DNA of 64,000 bases from Mobula hypostoma (taxonomy: Eukaryota), in assembly GCF_963921235.1 (NCBI RefSeq), contig NC_086097.1:107200001-107264000 (forward strand), in the 5' to 3' direction. The position numbers were made by a program, and so were the translations under genes. Shown here piece by piece: positions 1 to 12,950 of this stretch. The notes below the pieces were generated by a model. That model worked only from the letters and a program-made list of their open reading frames with translations, ran no database searches and was not told where the DNA came from. The stretch's first letter is position 1, and each line of letters starts with the position of its first letter.

Positions 1-94
1 ATAATCTAATCTAATCTAAAAAATATATATCATTTGTCACTAATTGTCATTGGCTATAAATTCTGGAACTTCCAATTTGATCTTCTCATGACCT

Positions 95-632
95 TTGGGG
101 ATTTCTTCTGAGTGCTCTGGTTTCCTGCCACATTCCAAAGACATACAAGTTGGGTTATTCCCCAATCTGAGCTTTTACCTCTTCTCACTTGCCTATTGCA
201 AGCCCCTGGGTCTTCTCCTTCCCTTTCTCCTGTGGCCTTTCTCCTCTCCAGCCCTTAACACTTTCCTACCCACCTGGCATCACCTATCACCTTCCAGCTA
301 GCCTTTTTCCCCCTCTCCCCACCTTTATATTCTGTCATCTTTCCCCTTCCTTCTCAGTCCTGAAGAAGGGTCTCAGCCTGAAACATCGAATGTTTATTTA
401 TTTCCTTAGACACTACTGACCTGGTGAGTTCCTCCAGCACTTTGTGTGTGTTGCTCAGATTTCCAGCATGTGCAGACGTCCTCGTGTTTAAGGTTAGTAA
501 GTTATGGTCATGCTATGTTGGTGGTGGAAGCATGGTGACATCATGGGCTGCCCCCAGCACAGCTTAGTCTGTGGTGGTTGCATCACAGTTTTGATGTTTT
601 GATGTACATATGACAAATAAAGCTAAGCTTTT
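95..632 (+). mobile_element. V-SINE-like fragment (95-151 and 491-632) split by a Penelope 3' fragment
   Basis: Core-like text TGCTCTGGTTTCCTGCCACATTCCAAAGAC continues as AGGTTAGTAAGTT after the insert; ends in GATGTACATATGACAAATAAAGCT. Confidence 0.55.
153..489 (+). mobile_element. Penelope-like element 3' terminal fragment with decayed hammerhead (355-392)
   Basis: Homologous to 11430-11814: pyrimidine-rich tract, CAGTC-CTGAAGA-AGGGTCTCAGCCT-GAAA-CATC, then the TTTCCAGCATGTGCAGA terminus. Confidence 0.75.
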
Positions 633-3600
633 ATAACAGCATTAGGTGTACCTTCACCTGCAGGACTGAAGCACCACCATCTCAAAGGTATTGGGAATGC
701 ATAATAAATAGTAGCCTTGCTATTGAAATGGAAATCCAAGTAAATAAATTAAATTTGACTAAGTGAATTTATATTTTCTCATTGTGTTTGTGGAATTTGA
801 ACGATTCGAGATCATTAGTCCACCTACTCCAGTTATGTACTCAATTTGCCTCTGTTGATTGTCATACTAGTTATCTAATCTCTAGTAGTACTTTCATTTT
901 CTATAACTTTGTGTCAGAACCTTGAAATTGTTTGTCAACAAAAATGTAATAACAACAATGGTTCTCATATTGTTAACCTGATGTTCCTTGAATGCAATGT
1001 TGTGCATGACTTTTAATAATTCTCAGTATTGTCAGCTGGAACATTTTGTTTTGAACTCTATTATTGAACCACTAGCCTTTGCTGGTAATGGAACAATACC
1101 ATTGGTTTAGGAGGCGGTTATTATTATCCTGCAGATTCCTCGCTTACACTGCTTTTTAGTCAGTCTGCTAAACCTCTGCATATCTACACATTTCAAACCT
1201 CCCAGGATATATATTAATTTTCACAATTTTTTCCATCTATTTCTGGAGTGAGGTTAATCTACTGCGCTCTGTGTTCACCTGACTTGCAGCCTTCACAGGC
1301 ATGCCTGCCACTGTTTGATCATCTTGGTGCTGCCACTTTCTTTCCAGCCCCTGGCTGTTCATTTTTATCAACCTCATGCTTGCATGAACTTTCTCTTGCC
1401 TCAAGGTTCAGTTTGCACAATTGCAGCTCTAGCTTTTACCAAGATTCATTTGCTTCCAGTCTGTGAAATTTTTCTTTCTGCTCATTAGGGTGGCAAATTC
1501 ACTTTTTATTTCTCATTGGATTCTTTTTATTGCATTTTAATTTAACTGATTTAATGCAATGCTTTTAATATTCACAAGTAATATATCGCTTCACTATCCA
1601 CTAGTTTTCACATGTTTCCCCTCACTGATTAACAAAGAGGTGGAGCATGCTGGACAAGTCCAGAGCTCCATATGGTAATGACTTAATAACCTGACCTACA
1701 TACTCCTGGAGAAGTCTACAAAATAAAGTAGACTCCAAAAGGCAAGTGGGCATCAGGAAGTGTAACACTGAGGCCAGCCTCCGAACACCTTGATGATTTT
1801 GACAGCTCACCGTCACCAAAGGCTTTTGAATTGTTTTTACTGTTGATGGTATTTGCCAAAGTACTCACTAAGATATTTCAACAACAATATCCACCAACTT
1901 AATAACTAAAAGGTTATGTTTCAAATAACTGCAAAAAATTTGTCCAAATTTCCAAGGTTTGCATTATGTTTCACAGTTGCTGACCTAAATACAATTTGGA
2001 TAATTTCATTGAAAGCAATGTATTCTTTTCCACCCTCTCTTCCATCCTCCTTTTCTGCCACCCCCATCACCCTTTTTCTTCTCCTTCTTCCATCTTCTAG
2101 ATGCTTCCTTCCACTGAGTACCACCCACCTCTTCTCCCATTATCCTCTGACCACTCCATTCCATACCTACTTTTTCCACTGTTCATTCCTCTCATTCTCT
2201 CCTGTCAGCCCCATCCTGTTCTCCTTCCTCCACTTTGCTTGTATTTCCTCTCGTCAACCTTTCTACATTCTTCCTCTATCTACTTCAAATAGAACGATGT
2301 TTCATTAATATAGAACAACTAGACTAGAGTAGGTTTTGGGATGAGACCATCTTCAGGACTGGAAAGGAAGGGGGAAGATGCCAAAATAAAAAGATGGGGG
2401 GAAGGGGAGAAGAATAGCTGGAAGGTTATATGTGAACCCTTGTGGGTGGGAAAGATAGAAGGCTGGAGATGAAGAAATCTGGTAAGAGAGGAGAGTGGAC
2501 CATAAGAGAAAGGAAAGGAAGAGGGGCACGGGGGGGGGGGGAGGAGGTGATAGGCAGGTGAAAAGAGGCAAGAGGCTAGAATGGGAAAGACAAGAAGAGA
2601 GGAGGGGCAGGTATTTTCTTTACAGAGAGGAGTAATCAATATTCATGCCATGAGGTTGGAAGCTCCCCAGGTGGAATATATGGTGCGCTTCCTCCACTCT
2701 GTTCTTCCATTCCACCTGGGTAGCCTCCAACTTGATGGCATGAATATTGATTTCTCCTTCTGGTAAAAAAAACCTCCCCCTCCCCTCTTTTTCTCTTCCC
2801 CACTCTGGCTTCTTACCTCCTGTCACCTGTCTATCACCTCCTTCTCTTTCTCCTATGGTCCACTCTCCTCTCCTTTCAGATTCCTTCATATCCAAAGTTT
2901 AAAGTTCATAGTACATTTATTATCGAAGTACATATATGTCACCATATGCAACCCTGAAATTCATTTTCTTGCAGGCATACTCAATAAAGCCATAATAGAA
3001 CAATGACCATAATAGAATTAGTGAACAACTACACCAACCTAGGCGTTCAAGCAATGTGCAAAAGACAACAAACTGTGCAAATACAATAAGAAAGAAATAA
3101 TAAATAAATCAGCAATAAATTCTGAGAACATGAGAAGAAGAGTCCTTAAAAGTGAGTCCATAGGTTGTGGGAATAGTTCAGTGATGGGACAAGTGGAGCT
3201 CTGTGAAGTTCTCTTCTCTGGTTCAAGAGCCTGATGGTTGAGGGGAAGTAACTATTCCTGAACCTGCTAGTGTGAGTTCTGAGGCTCCTATACCTTCTTC
3301 CTGTTGGCAGCAGTGAGAAGAGAGCATGACCTGGGTGTTAGAGGTTCCTGATGAAGGATGCTGCTTTCCTGCAAAAGCATTTCATGTAGATATGCTCAAT
3401 GGTAGGGAGGGCTTTACTCGTGATGGACTGGGCCACATCCACTATTTTTTGTAGGATTTTCCATTCAAGAGCATTGGTGTTTTCATACCAGGATATGATG
3501 CAGCCAATCAATATACTCTCCACTACACATCTAAAGAAGTTTGTCAAAGTTTTAGATGCCACACCGAATCCTTGCAAACACATAAGGAAGTAGAGGCACT

Positions 3601-3691
3601 GCTGTGCTTTTCGTAATTGCACTTACATGCTGGGCCCAGGAAAGGAACTCTGAAATAATTCACTGAAGAATTTCAAGTTCCTGATCCTCTC

Positions 3692-6600
3692 CATAGAAAC
3701 CATAGAAACTACAGCACAGAAACAGGCCTTTTGGCCCTTCTTGGCTGTGCCGAACCATTTTCTGCCTAGTCCCACTGACCTGCGCACGGATCATATCCCT
3801 CCATACGCCTCCCATCCATGTATCTGTCCAATTTATTCTTAAATGTTAAAAAAGAACCCGCATTTACCACCTCGTCTGGCAGCTCATTCCATACTCCCAC
3901 CACTCTCTGTGTGAAGAAGCCCCCCTTAATGTTCCCTTTAAACTTTTCCCCGCTCACGCTTAACCCATGTCCTCTGGTTTTTTTCTCCCCTTCCCTCAGT
4001 GGAAAAAGCCTGCTTGCATTCACTCTGTCTATACCCATCATAATTTTATATACCTCTATCAAATCTCCCCTCATTCTTCTACGCTCCAGGGAATAAAGTC
4101 CTAACCTATTCAACCTTTCTCTGTAACTGAGTTTCTCAAGTCCCGGCAACATCCTTGTAAACCTTCTTTGCACTCTTTCAACCTTATTTATATCCTTCCT
4201 GTAATTTGGTGACCAAAACTGAACACAATACTCCAGATTCGGCCTCACCAATGCCTTATACAACCTCATCATAACATTCCAGCTCTTATACTCAATACTT
4301 TGATTAATAAAGGCCAATGTACCAAAAGCTCTCTTTATGACCCTATCTACCTGTGATGCCACTTTTAGGGAATTTTGTATCTGTATTCCCAGATCCCTCT
4401 GTTCCACTTCACTCCTCAGTGCCTTACCATTAACCCTGTATGTTCTACCTTGGTTTGTCCTTCCAACGTGCAATACCTCACACTTGTCTGTATTAAACTC
4501 CATCTGCCAATTTTCAGCCCATTTTTCCAGCTGGTCCAAGTCCCTCTGCAGGCTCTGAAAACCTTCCTCACTCTCTACTACACCTCCAATCTTAGTATCA
4601 TGAGTAAATTTGCTGATCCAATTTACCACATTATCATCCAGATCATTGATATAGATGACAAATAACAATGGACCCAGCACTGATCCCTGTGGCACACCAC
4701 TAGTCACAGGCCTCAACTCAGAGAAGCAATTCTCTGCTACCACTCTTTGGCTTCTTCTATTGAGCCAATGTCTAATCCAATTTACCACCTCTCCATGGAT
4801 ACCTAGCGACTGAATTTTCCTAACTAACCTCCCATGCGGGACCTTGTCAAAGGCCTTACTGAAGTCCACGTAGACAATATTGACTGCCTTCCCTTCATCC
4901 ACTTTCCTGGTAACCTCCTCGAAAAACTCCAATAGATTGGTCAAACATGACCTACCATGCACAAAGCCATGTTGACTCTCCCTAATAAGTCCCTGTCTAT
5001 CCAAATGCTTGTAGATTCTGTCTTTTAGTACTCCCTCCAATAACTTACCTACTACCGATGTTAAACTTACTGGCCTATAATTTCCCGGATTACTTTTCGA
5101 TCCTTTTTTAAACAACGGAACAACATGAGCCACTCTCCAATCCTCCGGCACCTCACCTGTAGACAGCGACATTTTAAAGATTTCAGCCAGGGCCCCTGCA
5201 ATTTCAACACTAGTCTCCTTCAAGGTCCGAGGGAACACCCTGTCAGGTCCTGGGGATTTATCTACTTTAATTTTCCTCAAAACAGCAAGGACCTCCTCCT
5301 TTTCGATCTGTACAGTTTCCATGATCTCACTACTTGTTTCCCTTAATTCCATAGACTTCATGCCAGTTTCCTTAGTAAATACAGACGCAAAAAACCTATT
5401 TACGATCTCCCCCATTTCCTTTGGTTTCGCACATAGCCGACCACTCTGATCTTCAAAAGGACCAATTTTATCCCTTACAATCCTTTTGCTCTTAATATAC
5501 CTATAAAAGCTCTTTGGATTATCCTTCACTTTGACTGCGAAGGCAACCTCATGTCTTTTAGCCCTCCTGATTTCTTTCTTAAGTATTTTCTTGCACTTCT
5601 TATACTCCTCAAGTACCTTATTTACTCCCTGCTTCCTATACATGTCATACAACTCCCTCTTCTTCTTTATCAGAGTTGCAATATCCCTTGAGAACCAAGG
5701 TTCCTTATTCCTATTCACTTTGCCTTTAATCCTGACAGGAACATACAAATTCTGCACTCTCAAAATTTCTCCTTTGAAGGTTTCCCACCTACCGATCACA
5801 TCCTTGCCAGAGAACAACCTGTCCCAATCCACGCTTTTTAGATCCTTTCTCATTTCTTCAAATTTGGCCTTCTTCCAGTTAAGAACCTCAACCCTAGGAC
5901 CAGATCTATCCTTGTCCATGATCAAGTTGAAACTAATGGTGTTATGATCACTGGAACCAAAGTGCTCCCCTGCACAGACTTCTGTCACTTGTCCTAACTC
6001 CTGTCCTAACAGGAGATCCAATATTGTATCCCCTCTAGTTGGTCCCTCTATATATTGATTTAGAAAACTTTCCTGAACACATTTTACAAACTCTAAACCA
6101 TTTAGCCCCTAACAGTATGGGAGTCCCAATCAATATATGGAAAATTAAAATCCCCTACCACCACAACTTTATGTTTCCTGCAGTTGCCTGCTATCTCTCT
6201 GCAGATTTACTCTTCCAATTCTCGTTGACTATTGGGTGGTCTGTAATACAATCCCACTAATGTGGCCATACCTTTCCTGTTTCTCAGCTCCACCCATAAG
6301 GACTCAGTAGACAAGCCCTCTAATCTGTCTGAGCACTGCTGTAATATTTTCCCTAACAAGCAATGCTACTCCCCCACCTTTCATTCCTCTGCCTCGATCA
6401 CATCTGAAACATCGGAACCCTGGAATATTAAGCTGCCAGTCCTGCCCCTCCTGTAGCCAAGTTTCACTAATTGCTATAACGTCATAATTCCACGTGTCAA
6501 TCCACGCCCTCAACTCATCCGCCTTCCCCGCAATACTCCTAGCATTGAAATATATACACCTCAGAAGATTTTTACCACCACTCACAACCTTTCTATTAGC

Positions 6601-6764
6601 GGATTTGCTTGAACTTTTAACATCATTTACTTTCACCCCAGCCACACTGTCAGCTCTGGCACTCTGGTTCCCATCCCCCTGCAAATCTAGTTTAAAGCCT
6701 CCCCAATAGCACTAACAAACCTCCCTGAAAGGATATTGGTCCCCCTGTAGTTCAAGTGTAACCC
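3692..6764 (-). mobile_element. CR1-clade LINE, 5'-truncated
   Basis: APE start (LRCIYFNARSI...DVIAISETWL, ORF 6304-6684), RT ORF 3766-6021, 3' hairpin region and (CATAGAAAC)2 tail at 3692. Confidence 0.92.
3766..6021 (-). pseudogene. CR1 ORF2 remnant (APE C-terminus + reverse transcriptase), catalytically defective
   Basis: 751-aa ORF with [31 protein letters not shown]. The FADD motif reads FTHD, and the ORF is disconnected from the APE N-terminus. Confidence 0.88.
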
Positions 6765-8316
6765 CATCTCTGATCCTCCAATGAGGACCTCTGATTTTCT
6801 TCTCTTGAAGTCAATCATCAGCTTGGTCTTTCTGACATTAAGTAAGAGTTTGTTATTATGGCATCACTCAGACATATTTACAATCTTCCTCCTACGTAAT
6901 GATTCATCACCACCTTTGATTTGGCCTGCGACAGCGGTGTCGTCAATAAACTTGAAAATGGCATTGGAGCTGTGTTTAGCCACACAGTCATATGTGTAAA
7001 GTGAATAGAATAGAGGGTTGATCACACAGACCTTTGGTACACCTGTGCTGATGGAGATTATGGAGGGTATGCTGTTGCCAATCTAAACTAACTGGGGTCT
7101 GTAAGTGAGGAAATTGAGGATCCAATTGCATAAGGAGGCATTGAGACCAAGGTGTTGGATTGGTTTTGAGAGGATGATGGTATTGAATGCTGAACTGTAC
7201 TTGATAAAGAGCATCCTGATGTATGCACCTTTGCTGACCAGATGTTCCAGGGTCCACAGCAGGCAAATTGGAGCAGATCCAAGTTGCTTCTCAGGCAGGA
7301 ATTGTTATGTTTCATCACTGGCTTCTCAAATCACTTCATCACAGTGGATGTAAATGCTACTGGATGATAGTCGTTGAGAAAGGTTCTGTGTTCTTCTTAG
7401 GCACTGGTATAATTGAAGCCTGCTTGAAGCAGGTGGATACCTCAGAATGCTGAAGTGTGAGGTTAAGGATCTCAGCGAACACTCCAGCCAGTTGATCAGC
7501 ACAGGTCTTTAGTAATTGGCCAGATACCCCATCTGTGCTGGATGTCTTTTGTGGGATCAGCCTCAGAAACTAAAATCTCAGGACTTTTGGGGGCTGTGAG
7601 AGTTTGTGATGGTTCCTGCATATTTTGACTGTCAAAGTGAGCAAAGAAGACATTGAGCTCATCTGAAAGCGAAGCCTTGCTGTCACCTATATCATGAGAT
7701 TTAACTTTATAAGAGGTGATAGTGTTCAATCCCTACCACTACTGTTGATTATTCTTCATTGGTTCAAGTTTAGAATTCAAGTTAAGAATTGCCACTTCGC
7801 CCATGAGATGGCTTTCTGGTGATCGTACCTGGACCTCTCATAGTTTTCTTGGTCACCAGACTTGAATACCTCAAATATGGTCGTCTGCAGATTCCACATC
7901 TCATGATTCATCCAGGGCTTCCGATTGGGTAAGACTCTGAATGATTTTGTGCGAACACACTTGTCTACAACTGCTTTACCTTTTACCTTTCCCACCACCT
8001 GGTTTCACCTATCACTTCCTAGTTATCCTTCTTTCCCTCCTCGACCTTTTTTATTATGGCATCATCCCACTTCCTTTAGACCTGAAGAAGGGTCTTGACC
8101 TGAAAAGTTGACTGTTTATTTCCATGGATGCTGACAGACCTATTGTGTTCTTTCAGCATTTCGTGTGTGTTGGCTGGGAAAATTGCTTTCTTCAAGACCA
8201 GCAACCCTTCCATGCCTTCTGACCAAAAATTTGCCAAGGATTCAATCTTTGCATGTCAGGTACTTGGGAAAGGAAAACCACGAGGATATAGAATGCCTTT
8301 TACTGATTTTGTACAG

Positions 8317-8376
8317 GACAGACTACATTTAAATTAGATCATGAATATAGACCTGGTGATAACCCTATTGTTTGAG
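8317..8376 (+). other. Candidate 60-nt exon of an unidentified host gene ((G)QTTFKLDHEYRPGDNPIV*)
   Basis: Non-repeat sequence; acceptor-like TTTTACTGATTTTGTACAG and donor-like GAG|GTAGGA; one frame stays open until TGA at 8373-8375. Confidence 0.25.
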
Positions 8377-8650
8377 GTAGGAAAGTAAAATCCCTAACTT
8401 CTGGATACTGATTTCTTTAATTCTTTTTCCCAGCTTCCACTTGGACTATTATCTTCAGCCTGTATCACTAGAAGGCTAAGGGACGCCATCTACTCCAAGC
8501 TTCTAGACTGATTAATTGTTCCATTTATTTGTTTCCCTTTAATATGTGAAGCTTTTTAAGGCATTTTCTTCTTTTCTTCCCTTCTAGCATCTACAATATT
8601 TTGCTTTTGTATCAATAAATTGATCAAAGTGTTCACAGTTCTGCAAAGCA

Positions 8651-9535
8651 GGTGTTGTGGATCGTGTGGAGGGCTGTCAGAAATTACAGCGGGTATTGAT
8701 AGGATGCAAAACTGGACTGAGAAGTGGCAGATGGAGTTCAACCCAGATAAGTGTGAAGTGGTTCATTTTGGTAGGTCAAATATGATGGCAGAATATAGTT
8801 TTAATGATAAGACTCTTGGCAGTGTGGAGGATCAGAGGGATCTTGGGGTCCGAGTCCATAGGAAACTCAAAGCAGCTGTGCAGGTTAACTCTGTGCTTAA
8901 GAAGGCGTACGGTGAATTGGCCTTCGTCAATCGTGGAATTGAATTTAGGAGCCGAGAGGTAATGTTGCAGCTATGAAGGACCCTCCACACTTGGAGTGCT
9001 GTGCTCAGTTTTGGTCACCTCACTACAGGAAGGATGTGGAAACCATTGAAAGGGTGCAGAGGAGATTTACAAGGATGTTGGCTGGATTGGGGAGCATGCC
9101 TTATGAAAATAGGTTGAGTGAACTCGGCCTTTTCTCCTTGGAGCGATGGAGGATGAGAGGTGACCTGATAGAGGTGTATAAGCTCTATCTTATGCATAGA
9201 GGCATTGATCATGTGGATAGTCAGAGGCCTTTTTCCCAGGGCTGAAATGGTTGCCACAAGAGGACACAGGTTTAAGGTGCTGGGGAGTAGGTACAGAGGA
9301 GATGTCCGGGGTAAGTTTTTTACTCAGAGAGTGGTGAGTGCGTGGAAAGGGCTGCCGGCAATGGTGGTGGAGGCGGATATGATAGGGTCTTTTAAGAGAC
9401 TTTTAAATAGGTACATGGAGCTTAGTAAAATAGAGGCTATAGGTAAGCCTAGTAATTTCTAAGGTAGGGACATGTTCAGCACAACTCTGTGGGTTGAAGG
9501 GCCTGTATTGTGCTGTAGGTTTTCTATGTTTCTAT
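8651..9535 (+). mobile_element. CR1 LINE 3' fragment
   Basis: KWQMEFNPDKCEVVHFGR and [15 protein letters not shown] peptides, TTTCTATG tail, 6-bp TSD AAAGCA (8645-8650 / 9536-9541). Confidence 0.9.
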
Positions 9536-9802
9536 AAAGCAACTGTTAGTTATTGAGTCTGTTCACTGATGCTCAGTATAGGTCTTATCAAGATATTTTG
9601 ACCCTATACTTCATTAGAAACATTTACAAAAGAACCCAAATAAAATTGAACTCAGAGGAGATCAAGAGAAAAGCTCTCTACTACGATCAGTCATAACACA
9701 AAGGAAAACAACAGGAATTCTGCAGATGCTGGAAATTCAAGCAACACACATCAAGGTTGCTGGCGAACGCAGCAGGCCAGGTAGCATCTCTAGGAAGAGG
9801 TA

Positions 9803-9838
9803 CAGTCGACGTTTCAGGCCGAGACCCTTCGTCAGGAC
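9803..9838 (-). ncRNA. Minimal hammerhead ribozyme (PLE-associated)
   Basis: Minus strand reads GTC-CTGACGA-AGGGTCTCGGCCT-GAAA-CGTC-GACTG, identical to the copy at 11727. Confidence 0.75.
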
Positions 9839-10136
9839 GAACTGGAGGAAGAGTTAGTAAGAGATTTGAAAGTGGGAGGGGGAGGGGGAGATCCAAAATG
9901 ATAGGAGAACACAGGAGGGGGAGGGATGGAGCCAAGAGCTGGACAGGTGATAGGCAAAGGGGATACGAGAGGATCATGGGACAGGAGGTCCGGGGAGAAA
10001 GACAAGCGGGGGGGGGGTAACCCAGAGGATGGGCAAGGGGTATAGTCAAAGGGACAGAGGGAGAAAAAGGAGAGTGAGAGAAAGAATGTGTGTATAAAAA
10101 TAAATAACGGATGGGGTATGAGGGGGAGGTGGGACA

Positions 10137-10529
10137 TTAGCGGAAGTTAGAAAAGTCGATGTTCATGCCATCAGGTTGGAGGCTACCCAGATGGAATATA
10201 AGGTGTTGTTCCTCCAACCTGAGTGTGGCTTCATCTTTGCAGTAGAGGAGACCGTGGATAGACATGTCAGAATGGGAATGGGATGTGGAATTAAAATGTG
10301 TGGCCACTGGGAGATCCTGCTTTCTCTGGCGGACAGAGTGTAGGTGTTCAGCAAAGCGGTCTCCCAGTCTGCGTTGGGTCTCGCCAATATATAGAAGGCC
10401 ACATCGGGAGCACCGGACGCAATATATCACCCCAGCCGACTCACAGGTGACGTGTTGCCTCACCTGGAAGGACTGTCTGGGGCCCTGAATGGTGGTAAGG
10501 GAGGAAGTGTAAGGGCATGTGTAGCACAT
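10137..10529 (-). pseudogene. PLE GIY-YIG endonuclease domain (inverted copy)
   Basis: C.TC...TCESAGVIYCVRCSRCGLLYIGETQRRLGDRFAEH...HF motifs. Confidence 0.85.
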
Positions 10530-10548
10530 GTTCTGCTTACAAGGATAA

Positions 10549-11432
10549 GTGCCTACTGACTTTCACAGCTATCTGGACTATTCCTCTTCTCACCCTGTCT
10601 CTTGCAAAAATGCCATCCCCTTCTCGCAATTCCTCCGTCTCCGCCGCATCTGCTCTCAGGATGAGGCTTTTCATTCCAGGACGAGGGAGATGTCCTCCTT
10701 TTTTAAAGAAAGGGGCTTCCCTTCCTTCACTGTCAACTCTGCTCTCAACGCATCTCCCCCATTTCATGTACATCTGCTCTCACTCCATCCTCCTGCCACC
10801 CCACTAGGAATAGGGTTCCCCTGGTCCTCACCTACCACCCCACCAGCCTCCGGGTCTAACATATTATTCTCTGTAACTTCCGCCACCTCCAACAGGATCG
10901 CACCACTAAGCCCATCTTTCCCTCCCCCCCTCACTCTGCTTTCCACAGGGATCGCTCCCTACACAACTCCCTTGTCCATTCGTCCCCCCCATCCCTCCCC
11001 ACTGATCTCCCTCCTGGCACTTATCCTTGTAAGCAGAACAAGTGCTACACATGCCCTTTCACTTCCTCCCTTACCACCATTCAGGGCCCCAGACAGTCCT
11101 TCCAGGTGAGGCGACACTTCACCTGTGAGTCGGCTGGGGTGATATACTGTGTCCGGTGCTCCCGATGTGGCCTTCTATATATTGGCGAGACCCGACGCAG
11201 ACTGGGAGACCGCTATGCTGAACACCTACGCTCTGTCTGCCAGAGAAAGCAAGATCTTCCAGTGGCCACACATTTTAATTCCACATCCCATTCCCATTCT
11301 GACATGTCTATCCACGGCCTCCTCTACTGTAAAGATGAAGCCACACTCAGGTTGGAGGAACAACACCTTATATTCCGTCTGGGTAGCCTCCAACCTGATG
11401 GCATGAACATCGACTTCTCTAACTTCCGCTAA
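10549..11432 (+). pseudogene. PLE ORF 3' part: RT C-terminus, Cys linker and GIY-YIG endonuclease, frameshifted
   Basis: PTDFHSYLDYSSSHP..KNAIPFSQFLRLRRICS (ORF 10549-11109) and GVIYCVRCSRCGLLYIGET (ORF 11106-11432). Confidence 0.88.
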
Positions 11433-11726
11433 TGCCCCACCTCCCCCTCGTACCCCATCCGTTATTTATTTTTATACACACATTCTTTCTCTCACTCTCC
11501 TTTTTCTCCCTATGTCCCTCTGACTATACTCCTTGCCCATCCTCTGGGTTACCCCCCGCTTGTCTTTCTCCCCGGACCTCCTGTCCCATGATCCTCTCAT
11601 ATCCCCTTTGCCAATCACCTGTCCAGCTCTTGACTCCATCCCTCCCCCTCCTGTCTTCTCCTATTATTTCGGATCTCCCCCTCCCCCTCCCACTTTCAAA
11701 TCTCTTACTAACTCTTCCTCCAGTTC

Positions 11727-11762
11727 GTCCTGACGAAGGGTCTCGGCCTGAAACGTCGACTG
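11727..11762 (+). ncRNA. Minimal hammerhead ribozyme (PLE-associated)
   Basis: CUGACGA 11730-11736, helix II AGG/CCU, GAAA 11750-11753, palindromic ACGU in place of helix III, GUC triplet ending 11757, helix I GUC/GAC. Confidence 0.75.
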
Positions 11763-12397
11763 TACCTCTTCCTAGAGATGCTGCCTGGCCTGCTGCGTTC
11801 ACCAGCAACTTTGACATAAGACAAAAGAAGGTGGCTCTGGTTATTGTAAAGTCAAATCAATTCAGCCCCAGGACACAGATTCAGGTGTTCCCCAGGGACA
11901 GAGTCCTCAGCCTAATAATCTTCAGCTATGTCATCAATGAGCTGCCCTTTCCCAAAAATTCAGAATGGAGGATGGACACTGCTCATAGTGGCATTGTTTA
12001 GTTCCATTCAGAATTTACACTTAATAACATTATCTGGAACTTGAAAACAAACCAGTGTCAGGAATGGTGACTGATTGTTATAAAAGACTAATTGACTCAC
12101 CAATGTCTTTCAGGGGAGGAGATCTACCTTCTTTGATCTGATCTGCATGTGTCTCCAGACCCATAGCAAGGTGGTTGATTCCGAACTAACTGCTCTCTGA
12201 AATAGTGAGTCGATCTTATAATAGATAGTTGTCTCACAACTTGCAACCAGAAAAAAAGTTAAACCTGATTGACTTCCAGGCATTCATCTTATGTCGAGTT
12301 TGAACAGGAGAACATCACTCTCATTTCAGTTGACCTTATAGAATTCTTCTTGCAAATATCTGGATACTGTTATTGCAATATGGAGAGCTGGCCCACA

Positions 12398-12900
12398 GGT
12401 GACAAAGGGGGTATACTGGAGTGAGATAGATCAGCTGGTTGAATGGTGTCACAACAACCATCTTGCTTTCAAAGTAAATAAGACAAAGGAATTGATTGTG
12501 AACTTCAGGAAGTCAAGGGAACACACACCAGTCCTCAATGTAGAATCCACAGTGGAAAGGGTTAGCAGTTTCAAGTTCCTGGGTGTCAACGTCTCTAAAG
12601 ATCTATCCTGGGCTCAATATTTGATGCAGTTACAAAGAAGGCATGACAGCAGCTATATTTCATTTGAGGGGAATTGATATGACACCAAAGACACTCACAA
12701 ATTTCTACAGATGTATCATGGAAAGCATTTTAATTGGTTGCATCAGCATCTTTATGGAAGGGTTATTGCACAGGATCGGAAAAAGCTGCAGAAAGTTGCA
12801 AACTCAACCAGTTCCATCATCAGACAATGAACCCATATACACTACCTCAATACTTTTTCTTTTTTTTAGTTTTGTTTTGCACTACTTATTTAATTTTTAA

Positions 12901-12950
<50 letters not shown>

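Larger units (their letters stand above)
2894..7977 (-). mobile_element. Rex1/Babar-type LINE, degenerate (2894-3691 and 6765-7977), split by a CR1
   Basis: Peptides KAQQCLYFL..FFRCVVESILIGCIISWY and FRVLPNRKPWMN match the Rex copy at 59240-62273; tail AAAGTTTAAAGTTCA at 2894. Confidence 0.8.
2319..8172. mobile_element. Older Penelope-like element with inverted arms (minus arm 2319-~2690; plus arm ~2695-2893 resuming at 7978-8172)
   Basis: FHLGSLQLDGMNIDF-type peptide on both strands (ORFs 2581-2766 + and 2620-2895 -). The plus arm continues after the Rex insertion. Decayed hammerheads at ~2325-2362 (-) and ~8078-8114 (+). Confidence 0.7.
9707..11814. mobile_element. Penelope-like retroelement (Neptune-type) with inverted 3' duplication: minus arm 9707-~10553, plus arm ~10552-11814
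   Basis: The arms are reverse complements over ~0.8 kb and both encode the GIY-YIG domain. Possible degenerate TSD CATAAcACAAAgGAA / CATAAgACAAAaGAA (9692-9706 / 11815-11829). Confidence 0.9.

Noticed and set aside
1916..2308. 130-aa Leu/Ser/Phe/Pro-rich ORF
   Set aside because: Produced by a pyrimidine-rich low-complexity tract that lacks stop codons.
11432..12001. 189-aa ORF after the GIY-YIG domain
   Set aside because: Reads through the C/T-rich PLE terminal region into flanking decayed LINE; no domain.
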